From an uncultured Blautia sp. (GTDB lineage: Bacteria > Bacillota > Clostridia > Lachnospirales > Lachnospiraceae), in assembly GCA_937900135.1 (NCBI GenBank), contig CALCDJ010000002.1, positions 483 to 64,482 on the forward strand: a stretch of 64,000 nt of DNA, in the 5' to 3' direction. Positions 8,137 to 17,000 of the stretch are shown piece by piece (positions within the stretch are counted from its first letter, which is position 1; each line of letters starts with the position of its first letter). The position numbers and the translations under genes were made by a program. The notes beneath the pieces are model-generated. The model was given only the letters and a program-made list of their open reading frames with translations. It made no database searches and was not told where the DNA came from.

Positions 8137-9030
8137 TTACTGCTCTGTGTGTCCTGCTCCTTTCTCCTGAAGAAGTTGTTTTAACCGGCGGATTTCTTCC
8201 TCAGCCTCTTTCACCTTTTGAAGTGCTTTTTCTGTATTTTTGCGCTCGCGTTCCATACCTTGTTCGATGCCCTGCTTGATCAGCTTATCTGATTCTAACT
8301 CCAGCACTTTTCCTCCCATAACCTCACCAAACCTCTCTTTTACTTGTTCTTCATCCCGAAGGATGTGGTTTCCGATCCGGCTGATCAGCTCCACGATATC
8401 CCGGAACATGATTTCCTGATCTTTTTCCAAGAATTCCTTTTCCAGATACCTTTCGATCTCTCTGTATTCCTCCAGGAAATCCCGGAGTTTCTCCGGATCT
8501 TTCCCTAGCTCCTTCCGTTTTCTCTCATACCGCATACTATAGTACGGCAGAAGAAAAAACAGATACTTTTGAAAGATCTCTTCCCTGGGATATTCCTCCA
8601 CATACACCACCGGTACCCGGTATTCAATCCTGCGTCCGTCCGGCATCACCAGCTCCACAACCAGATGGTCTTTGTCAGACTTTCCCCGGAGATACAGTAC
8701 ACAGGAGGATGGAAAATAGAGCCGATAAATGCCATGCTCTTTGCGTATATTTCCTAATCCGATGGCAAAATCGTACTCTACCATCCGGATCTCCATAGTG
8801 GAATCCCAGGTACTCTGGCATTCAATATGATACCCCTTATTTTTGATCTTTAAATGGGAGTCCGTGATAATCTCCCCGTTTTTTGTCTGATACTCATTTC
8901 TCTTTTGTATGATTTCTACGTCCGACGGATAATCTGTGCCAAAGACTTCATTGATGAGGGGCACAGCTAACTGAGGCATCTTCTCCAGCATTGTCCGAAA
9001 GACGTCGTCATAGATTGTATGGTTTGCCAT
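8137..9030 (-). CDS. Rpn-like PD-(D/E)XK nuclease / 'putative transposase' family protein
   Basis: MANHTIYDDVFRTM, ITDS, YHIECQS, MEIRMVEYD motifs and 'MGGKVLELESD..IKQGIEQG' tail; AAGGAG RBS before ATG at 9030. Confidence 0.8.
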   Translation of the reverse strand: MANHTIYDDVFRTMLEKMPQLAVPLINEVFGTDYPSDVEIIQKRNEYQTKNGEIITDSHLKIKNKGYHIECQSTWDSTMEIRMVEYDFAIGLGNIRKEHGIYRLYFPSSCVLYLRGKSDKDHLVVELVMPDGRRIEYRVPVVYVEEYPREEIFQKYLFFLLPYYSMRYERKRKELGKDPEKLRDFLEEYREIERYLEKEFLEKDQEIMFRDIVELISRIGNHILRDEEQVKERFGEVMGGKVLELESDKLIKQGIEQGMERERKNTEKALQKVKEAEEEIRRLKQLLQEKGAGHTEQ

Positions 9031-9033
9031 GAG

Positions 9034-9318
9034 GCAGCTCCTTTCCTTGCTTTTGTATAGTTGTCTCATGTACTTTGGAAATGTGTTTATCAGAACCGGT
9101 CTGCCCATGGTCTTTCCACAGGCAGTCGTATGTATTTTCTCTTCCAGTTCCCTGCTGAAAGTTTTTTCTTCTGTAAAAAAACAGTTCTTTAGGCGCTCAC
9201 AACTCCTTTCTATCTATTCCTTTTTCCCCTATGGGAATTTCCCCACGCGGCTTCTTCTGTCTTCTATTATAATTGTCTTCCATCGCAGGTACAAGCTTTT
9301 TCCCAAAAAAGGAGCTGC
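9034..9318. repeat. 11-bp perfect inverted repeat pair enclosing a promoter
   Basis: GCAGCTCCTTT (9034-9044) and AAAGGAGCTGC (9308-9318). Confidence 0.6.
9266..9294 (-). promoter_or_regulatory. Putative sigma-A promoter facing the Rpn-like gene
   Basis: Minus strand TTGTAC-17 bp-TATAAT. Confidence 0.65.
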
Positions 9319-9323
9319 GCACT

Positions 9324-9831
9324 ATGATTGCTTTCAGTAACGGATTTAAGTATTGGAGCAAATGTCTTTCGCAGGAAGCGACAGGCAAAACGAAACCACC
9401 TCTGTTGGAAGTAAAAAATCTATACAGTAGAGATGGTAAAGTGAATGGTGTGGATTTCCAGATATTTCCAGGAGAGGTGCTTGGAATTGCTGGATTAATG
9501 GGAAGCGGAAGAACAGGAACTGAAAAACCTCTCCGGGGGAAATCAGCAAAAGGTTGTGTTTGGAAAAAGTATTTTCCTGCGTCCAGATATTTTAATGCTG
9601 GATGATCCCACAGTTGGTGTTGACGTAGAAGCAAAAGAAAGCATCTGCCATATTATTGCAGGAATTGCAGATTCAGGAAGTGGAGTACTTTTGGTTTCCT
9701 CAGAATTCGATCATCTTGCAAAAGTATGCGATCGAGTATTAATTATGAAGCAGGGAAAGTTTGTTAGGAAATTAAAGAAAGGAAAAGATGCAATAACTGA
9801 AAACTCGCTTTTGGTTTCAGTACAATCCTGA
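9324..9831 (+). pseudogene. Sugar ABC transporter ATP-binding protein (RbsA/MglA-type) remnant
   Basis: LLEVKNL..GEVLGIAGLMGSGRT joined out of frame at ~9514-9522 to ELKNLSGGNQQKVVFGK..LDDPTVGVDV; first ATPase half and middle are absent. Confidence 0.88.
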
Positions 9832-9865
9832 GTTATGAACTGACTTTCTGGCCGGTTAAAAAAAA

Positions 9866-9891
9866 CGGAACTGGCTATTGAGGATTTGATC
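9866..9891 (+). repeat. 26-bp third copy of the repeat core
   Basis: CGGAACTGGCTATTGAGGATTTGATC; one mismatch each to 404-429 and 4741-4766. Confidence 0.9.
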
Positions 9892-9903
9892 TTTTTCCCT
9901 TCC

Positions 9904-9932
9904 TTGCAGTCCCTATTCTCTTGTGTTAAGAT
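9904..9932 (+). promoter_or_regulatory. Putative sigma-A promoter for cpsB
   Basis: TTGCAG-17 bp-TAAGAT with TGn. Confidence 0.5.
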
Positions 9933-9956
9933 AAAAGAATAACTTTCCACAGAAAA

Positions 9957-10724
9957 ATGAAGGCATTTTGGAAAAAAGTGAGGATGATTCCTATGGAATG
10001 GACCAGAGGTTTGACGGATATGCATTGCCATGTCATTCCCGGGGTGGATGATGGAGTAAAAGACATGGAAGAGGCATTGCGTATGATTAAAATAGAATAT
10101 GAGGAAGGGGTGCGGACCATCATTGCCACTCCCCATTATCGTGTAGGGATGTTTGAGCCTTCCTCCAGAGAGGTACAGGAACAGTTCCTGAAACTTACCT
10201 GGGCAGCGGGAAAAATTTTTAAGGATCTGAAATTGTATCTTGGGTGTGAGCATCACGCCAATATGGAGATGGAGCATCAGATCGCCCATGGAATCTGTGC
10301 CACCATGGCAGGATCCAGATATGTGCTGGTGGAGTTTTCCTATGGAGATCCCAGGTCTTATATCCGGGAAAAGCTTTATACCCTTATCTCACATGGATAC
10401 CGGCCTGTAATTGCTCATGCTGAGCGGTATGCTGCTTTTCGTGAAGATCTCTCCTTTTTGAGAGAAATGGCAGAGCTTGGAGCAGAAGTACAGATCAACG
10501 CAGATACGTTTTTGTCAAACAGTCTTAAGACCCGGCGCTTTTGCCGTCAGCTTTTAAGTGAAGATCTTGTTCATTACATAGGCTCAGATGGACATGGAAT
10601 CCATGAGAGAATTCCCCGAATAGGCGCTGCTTATGAGGAAATACTGAGAAGAGCAGGAGCCGAAGCGGCTTATGAGATTTTTGTGGAAAACCCCAGAAGG
10701 ATGATAAACGACAGAAGGAGGTAG
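9957..10724 (+). CDS. cpsB: CpsB/CapC PHP-family tyrosine-protein phosphatase (true start may be slightly downstream)
   Basis: DMHCHVIPGVDDG, IATPHY, IAHAERY, GSDGH motifs. Confidence 0.92.
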   Translation: MKAFWKKVRMIPMEWTRGLTDMHCHVIPGVDDGVKDMEEALRMIKIEYEEGVRTIIATPHYRVGMFEPSSREVQEQFLKLTWAAGKIFKDLKLYLGCEHHANMEMEHQIAHGICATMAGSRYVLVEFSYGDPRSYIREKLYTLISHGYRPVIAHAERYAAFREDLSFLREMAELGAEVQINADTFLSNSLKTRRFCRQLLSEDLVHYIGSDGHGIHERIPRIGAAYEEILRRAGAEAAYEIFVENPRRMINDRRR

Positions 10725-10730
10725 AGCCAG

Positions 10731-10808
10731 ATGTGTAAACTTTTAGAAGAAATGACTGGCTTACCTTTGGAAGAAGTTCGCAAGTTGGCTAAGAATGATA
10801 TTGCATAA
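10731..10808 (+). pseudogene. Collapsed C-terminal remnant of an Rpn-family gene (25-aa mini-ORF)
   Basis: MCKLLEEMTGLPLEEVRKLAKNDIA* preceded by GAAGGAGGT; resembles the 'EGG..MCKxxEE' and 'TGLxLEEVxxL' ends of Rpn C-terminal domains. Confidence 0.55.
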
Positions 10809-10846
10809 AAACAAATTTATCCATTTCAACATCTTCATTCAAAACA

Positions 10847-10875
10847 GAATACATTTTTCATTTATGGTCATACTA
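10847..10875 (+). promoter_or_regulatory. Putative forespore sigma-G/F promoter of tepA
   Basis: GAATA-17 bp-CATACTA (GGTCATACTA). Confidence 0.55.
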
Positions 10876-10905
10876 CCTCCAGGAAAGAATCTTGGAGGTG
10901 TTTTT

Positions 10906-11622
10906 ATGTCACAGGAACAAAAAGAAGAAAAAAAGCAGGCGTTGGAACAGGAGACGGAGCAGAACGAACAGATCCGGGAAATGGGCCAGGTAATGCTGGA
11001 TGGAAACGAAAAGAAACACAAGGTGGAGCTCCTGACCATTATTGGAGAGGTGGAAGGCCATGAGTCTGCGCCTTCTCAGAGTAAAACCACGAAATATGAA
11101 CACGTACTTCCCAAGCTTGCCATGATCGAGGATGATCAGACTGTGGACGGGCTTCTTATTTTACTGAACACTGTAGGCGGTGATGTGGAGGCGGGACTGG
11201 CCATTGCAGAAATGATTGCCTCCTTAAGTGTTCCCACGGTTTCTCTGGTGCTGGGCGGAGGCCATTCCATTGGGGTACCCATGGCTGTTTCTGCGGATTA
11301 TTCGTTTGTGGTGCCAAGCGCCACCATGGTTATTCATCCGGTGCGTTCCAGCGGAATGTTCATTGGCGTGGCCCAGACTTATCGAAATATGGAAAAAATT
11401 CAGGATCGGATCACTACATTTATTTCTGATCATTCTCACACCACCAAGGAACGACTGGAGCAGCTGATGCTGGACACCACCCAGCTGGTGAAGGACGTGG
11501 GTACCATGTTGGAGGGGAAAGAAGCGGTAGCGGAAGGATTGATCGATGAAGTGGGCGGTGTGAAAGAGGCCCTGGCCAAACTATATGCGCTGATTGAAAA
11601 AGGCAGCAGGAAAACGTACTAA
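10906..11622 (+). CDS. tepA: TepA / ClpP-like protease-family protein
   Basis: IIGEVEGH, KTTKYEHVLP, LNTVGGDVEAGLAIAE, GGGHSIGVP, MVIHP; GGAGGTG RBS. Confidence 0.88.
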   Translation: MSQEQKEEKKQALEQETEQNEQIREMGQVMLDGNEKKHKVELLTIIGEVEGHESAPSQSKTTKYEHVLPKLAMIEDDQTVDGLLILLNTVGGDVEAGLAIAEMIASLSVPTVSLVLGGGHSIGVPMAVSADYSFVVPSATMVIHPVRSSGMFIGVAQTYRNMEKIQDRITTFISDHSHTTKERLEQLMLDTTQLVKDVGTMLEGKEAVAEGLIDEVGGVKEALAKLYALIEKGSRKTY

Positions 11623-11696
11623 AAAAGTATATGTTTTGTCACGGTATCTCTATGGGAAGGATTATAAAAATCTTGTAAAAAAATGCAGTTTTTTAT

Positions 11697-11724
11697 TTGA
11701 TTGTCCACGCTTTTGTGCTATAAT
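11697..11724 (+). promoter_or_regulatory. Putative sigma-A promoter of the oxidoreductase operon
   Basis: TTGATT-16 bp-TATAAT with TGn. Confidence 0.65.
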
Positions 11725-11803
11725 GCTAAAGAATGAATATTTATGCCGTATTTCAGCGGTAATGAGTTATTTCTAAATTTATTTATGCAGGAGGGACAAT
11801 CAT

Positions 11804-12316
11804 ATGAGCAATACGTGTGGATGTCAAAACGGCGGAAACGCAGATTTCGCTGAATTGGCGCCTGTACTTGAGAAGTATGCGAAAGTACCGGGAAGCCTGA
11901 TCACCATTCTTCAGCAGACCCAGGATATCTATGGCTACCTTTCTCTGGATGCGATCAACTACATTGCAGAGAGAACAGGAATCATGCCTGCAAAGATCTA
12001 TGGTGTTGCTACATTCTATGCACAGTTCCGCTTACAGCCAATTGGTAAGTACCTGATCATGCTTTGCAAGGGTACTGCATGTCATGTAAACGGTTCTGAT
12101 ATGATCGGGGAAGCAGTGACAGAGCATCTGGGAATCAAAGACGGAGAGACAACAGAGGACGGATTGTTTACCCTTAATAACGTTGCCTGTCTTGGATGCT
12201 GTTCTTTAGCACCGGTTATGATGGTGAAGTCAGCAGACGGAGAGGAGACATTTGGTAATCTGACCAAAGCGTCCGTAAAGAAGATTCTCGATGACTACAA
12301 AGCGAAGAACGCATAG
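11804..12316 (+). CDS. NuoE/HydC-like [2Fe-2S] subunit (StnA-like)
   Basis: GVATFYAQF, CKGTACHV and CLGCC motifs. Confidence 0.9.
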   Translation: MSNTCGCQNGGNADFAELAPVLEKYAKVPGSLITILQQTQDIYGYLSLDAINYIAERTGIMPAKIYGVATFYAQFRLQPIGKYLIMLCKGTACHVNGSDMIGEAVTEHLGIKDGETTEDGLFTLNNVACLGCCSLAPVMMVKSADGEETFGNLTKASVKKILDDYKAKNA

Positions 12317-12327
12317 GAGGTAGAGGT

Positions 12328-14082
12328 ATGAAAGTTGTTGTAGGACAGGGCAGCTGTGGTATTGCTACCGGTGCCAAGAAAACTTCCAATGAATTTGAGA
12401 GAATCGTTGCGGAGAAAAACCTGTCAAATGTGATCATTGACAAAACAGGCTGTATCGGTACCTGTTATCTGGAGCCTATCGTAGATGTATATAACGACGA
12501 AGGCGCACTGGAAGCCAGATATGTAAAATGTACTACAGATAAAGTTGCAGAGATCGTGGATGAGCATCTCATCGGCGGCAAACCAGTGGAAAAATACATG
12601 ATTCCGGAAGAGGATAAGGCATTCTTATCTCAGCAGCAGCGAATTGTACTTCGCAACTGCGGACAGATCAACCCGGAAAAGATTGACGAATACATTGCTA
12701 CAGGCGGATACGAGGCAGCTAAGAAGGTTATCACTTCCATGACTGCTGACGAAGTAATCGAGGAAATCAAGGTTTCCGGACTTCGCGGACGTGGCGGCGC
12801 CGGTTTCCCAACCTGGTTCAAATGGAATGCCATCAAATCCAACAAGGGCGCACAGAAATACATGGTATGTAATGCCGACGAAGGTGACCCGGGCGCATTT
12901 ATGGACCGTTCCGTACTGGAAGGTGACCCACACTCCTTACTGGAAGGTATGATCATTGGCGGTTTCGCTGCCGGTGCTACCGAAGGTATCATTTACTGTC
13001 GTGCTGAGTATCCTCTGGCAATTGCCCGTCTGGAAATCGCTATGGCTCAGGCTCGTGAGAGAGGCTTCTTAGGCAAGAACCTTTTCGGCACAAACTTTGA
13101 CTTCGACATCCGCATCAAGGCTGGTGCAGGTGCATTCGTATGTGGTGAGGAGACCGCTCTCATCGCATCTCTGGAAGGTGAACGAGGAATGCCTCGTCTG
13201 AAACCGCCATTCCCGGCTGCGAAGGGTTACTGGAAACTTCCTACCAATATCAACAACGTTGAGACCTATGCAAACGTTGCATGGATCATGCTCAACGGCG
13301 GTGAAGCCTTTGCTGCAAGAGGTGCAGAAAAATCCAAAGGTTCCAAGGTATTCGCTCTGGCTGGTAAGATTAAGAAGGGCGGTCTTGTGGAAGTACCTAT
13401 GGGTATGTCACTGAAAGATGTTATTTACAACATCGGCGGCGGTATCAAGAACGACAAGAAATTCAAAGCTGTACAGATGGGTGGTCCGTCCGGCGGATGT
13501 ATTCCTGCAGAACTCATTGACACCCCTGTTACATATGAAGATATCAACAAGACAGGTGCAATCGTTGGTTCCGGCGGTATGATCGTTATGGACGAGGATA
13601 CCTGTATGGTAGATATGGCAAGATTCTTCCTGGACTTCACCAAGAAGGAATCCTGTGGTAAATGTAACTACTGCCGTATCGGTACCAAGAGAATGCTTGA
13701 GATTCTGGAAAGAATCACAAAGGGCGAAGGAAAAGATGGAGATATTGAGCTTCTGGAAGAGCTGGCAGCGAAGATCAAAGACGGCGCTATGTGTGGTCTT
13801 GGACAGACTGCTCCAAACCCGGTTCTTACCACCATCAAATACTTCCGCAATGAATATGAAGATCATATCTACAATCACAAATGTACTGCAAAATCCTGTA
13901 AAGCTCTTATTTCTTACGAAATTACAGAGAACTGTAAGGGCTGCGGCGCTTGTGCAAGACATTGTCCGGTTGGCGCGATCAGCGGCGAGAAGAAGGCAAT
14001 GCACAAGATCGATCCTGCTGTATGTATCAAGTGCGGCAAGTGTGAAGAGTCCTGTAAGTTTGATGCAGTGAAGAGAGTTTAA
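12328..14082 (+). CDS. NuoF/HydB-like FMN/NADH-binding bifurcating subunit (StnB-like)
   Basis: SGLRGRGGAGFPT, CNADEGDPG, GAGAFVCGEETAL, ESCGKC..CR; N-terminal thioredoxin-like domain and C-terminal 2x[4Fe-4S]. Confidence 0.93.
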   Translation: MKVVVGQGSCGIATGAKKTSNEFERIVAEKNLSNVIIDKTGCIGTCYLEPIVDVYNDEGALEARYVKCTTDKVAEIVDEHLIGGKPVEKYMIPEEDKAFLSQQQRIVLRNCGQINPEKIDEYIATGGYEAAKKVITSMTADEVIEEIKVSGLRGRGGAGFPTWFKWNAIKSNKGAQKYMVCNADEGDPGAFMDRSVLEGDPHSLLEGMIIGGFAAGATEGIIYCRAEYPLAIARLEIAMAQARERGFLGKNLFGTNFDFDIRIKAGAGAFVCGEETALIASLEGERGMPRLKPPFPAAKGYWKLPTNINNVETYANVAWIMLNGGEAFAARGAEKSKGSKVFALAGKIKKGGLVEVPMGMSLKDVIYNIGGGIKNDKKFKAVQMGGPSGGCIPAELIDTPVTYEDINKTGAIVGSGGMIVMDEDTCMVDMARFFLDFTKKESCGKCNYCRIGTKRMLEILERITKGEGKDGDIELLEELAAKIKDGAMCGLGQTAPNPVLTTIKYFRNEYEDHIYNHKCTAKSCKALISYEITENCKGCGACARHCPVGAISGEKKAMHKIDPAVCIKCGKCEESCKFDAVKRV

Positions 14083-14097
14083 TAGGAGGTGTAGACT

Positions 14098-17000
14098 GTG
14101 AATAAATACAGATTAAATATCGACGGTAAAGAAGTCTACGGACTTCCAGGTCAGACAATTCTTGAAGTTTGCAAAGAAAATGATATTTTCATCCCAACTC
14201 TTTGCTACGATGAAAGAACTGAAATTTACGGTGCCTGCGGTCTGTGTATGGTTGAAATGGAAGGCAATCCCAAACTCTGGAAAGCCTGCGCAACAGAAAT
14301 CGCGCCAAACATGGTCATCCATACCAACACACCACGTGTCATCGAATCCAGAAAGACAAACTTGGAGCTTCTTCTTTCCAACCATAAGGGAGATTGCCGT
14401 CCTCCGTGCAAACTTGCATGTCCTGCAGGTACAGACTGCCAGGGTTATGTAGGCCTTATCGCTAACGGCGAATACGAAGAAGCAATTAAATTAATCCGTG
14501 AAAACATTCCGCTTCCAGGCGCAATCGGACGTGTCTGTCCTCATCCATGTGAAACTGCCTGCCGTCGTGGAATGGTAGACGAACCAATCGCAATCGCAAA
14601 CCTGAAGAGATTTGCAGCAGATGCAGATGAGTTCGGCGAAGATCCATTTATGCCGGAATGCGAGCCGGATACCGGTAAGAACGTTGCCATCATTGGTGGT
14701 GGACCTTACGGTTTATCCATGGCTTACTTCCTCCGTCAGTTAGGACATGACGTAACCATTTATGAAGCAATGCCTAAGCTTGGCGGTATGCTTCGTTATG
14801 GTATTCCGGAATATCGTCTTCCTAAGGAAGTTCTGGATGAAGAAATCGCACTGATTGAGAGAATGGGTGTGACAATGATCACTAACACCAAGATCGGTGA
14901 AGATATTTCCTTTGAAACCATTAAGAGAGATTACGACGCTGTCTGCGTTGGTATCGGTGCATGGGTATCCACTGGCGTTCGCTGCAAAGGCGAGGACGCA
15001 GAAGGTGTGATCGGCGGTATCGATTTCCTTCGCAAGGTTGTTCGCAATGAGCCTATCGACCTTGGCAAGAACGTTGCCATCGTAGGTGGCGGTAACACCG
15101 CTATGGATGCCTGCCGTACAGCAGTACGTCTTGGCGCTGAAAAGGTTTACAACATCTACAGAAGAACCAAGGACGAAATGCCTGCAGATATGATCGAGAT
15201 TGAAGAGGGCGAAGAGGAAGGCGTAATCTTCCTGAACCTGACCAATCCTCTGGAAATCATCTCTGATGAAAACGGACATTGCCGTCAGATGGTACTTCAG
15301 GTTATGGAACTGGGCGAGCCGGATGCATCTGGACGTCGTGCTCCTGTTCCGGTAGAAGGGGAGACTAAGACCATTGACGTGGATACGGTAATCCTGGCAA
15401 TCGGACAGAAAGTAAACGCTGCCGGAATCGAAGGCGTAGAACTTACAAGAAAAGGCGGTATCGTATATGATACCAACACCTTTATGACTGCAATCCCTGG
15501 CGTATTTGCCGGCGGTGACTGTGGTAATGACAAGATCTCTATTGCAGTAGAATCTATTGCAGACGCGAAGAAGGGCTGCCTTGTGGTAGACGCTTACCTG
15601 CGCGGAGAAGAGATCGCATATGAGCCAAACTACTATGTAACACGGAACGATTTAAGCCCGGCTTCCTTTGAAGACCGTGAAAGAATGTGCCGTCCTACCA
15701 TGGAACAGCTCAATGCAGAAGAAAGAAAAGACAACTTTACAGAGGTTGTATTCGGATACGATGAAGAACAGGCTCAGGCAGAAGCAGAACGCTGTCTGGA
15801 ATGTGGATGTAAAGACTACTTTGAATGTAAGCTGATCTCTTACGCAAATATGTACGACGTAAAACCAGATCGTTTTGCAGGAGACATCAACGAAGTAGAA
15901 TTCCACGATGAGCATCCGTTCATCTTAAGAGACCCGAATAAGTGTATCCTTTGCGGACTTTGCGTTCGTGCCTGTGATGAAGTTATGGGCGTTGGCGCAC
16001 TTGGTCTTGTAAAACGTGGATTTGATACCGTTGTAAAACCAGCTCTGGAGCTTCCCCTCTCTGAAACAGGATGTATTTCCTGTGGTCAGTGTGTAAGTGT
16101 CTGCCCAACTGGTGCATTACAGGAAAATCTGTCCATCGCAAAATCTGTTCCTCTGGATACAGAAGTTACCGATACCACCTGTTCCCATTGTTCCGTTGGC
16201 TGCTCCATGCACCTGGAAAGCTATGGCGATATGCTGATCAAGGCTGTTCCGGACAAAGAGGGTGCAGTAAACAAAGGACTTCTCTGCGGACGCGGTAAAT
16301 TCGGTTTCGACTGCTCTGTTCTTGGAGACAAACTCTTCGAGCCACTGGCAAGAAAGAACGGAGATCTGGTAGAAGTAGATTACCATGAAGCATTTGTTCT
16401 GGTTGCAAAGAAAGCAGAAGCTCTTGCTGCAAAATATGGCAAGGACGCTGTGGCAGTTGCAATCTCTGACAGATATACAAACGAAGAAGCATACGTAATG
16501 AAGAAACTGGCAGATTCCATTGGTGCTAAGACTCTCTGCTTCAACAACAGAGAAAACGGTCTGGAAAAAGTTCTGGGTGTAAATGCATCTCCGAACACCA
16601 TCAATGAACTTCTTTCTGCAGAAGTAATTCTTTGCGCTGGCTTCATCGCAAAAGAAAATCAGGTTATCCGCCTGAAACTGAAACAGGCTGCAGCAAACGG
16701 AGCGAAGGTTATCCTTGTAAATCCAGAAGGATATGAGCAGGATCACATGAGCTTTGTATACAAGACTGTAACCACAGACAATACTCTTGGCTTCTTCAAA
16801 GGCGTTGCAAAAGCGCTGGTTGACATGGGCAAGGGTGCAGGCACAGCAGGCTTTGACGCATTCAAGGCATCTGTAGAAGGTGCTTCCGTATGTGATGAAG
16901 TGAAGGCTGTTGCTGAACTTTACGCAAATGCGAAGAAAGCAATGATCGTATTCCAGCAGAATGTGGTTTCCACAGAAGCTGCTACCTTACTTGCTGATAT

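Noticed and set aside
11672..11690. Rex operator upstream of the oxidoreductase operon
   Set aside because: TTGTAAAAAAATGCAG matches only one half-site of the Rex palindrome.
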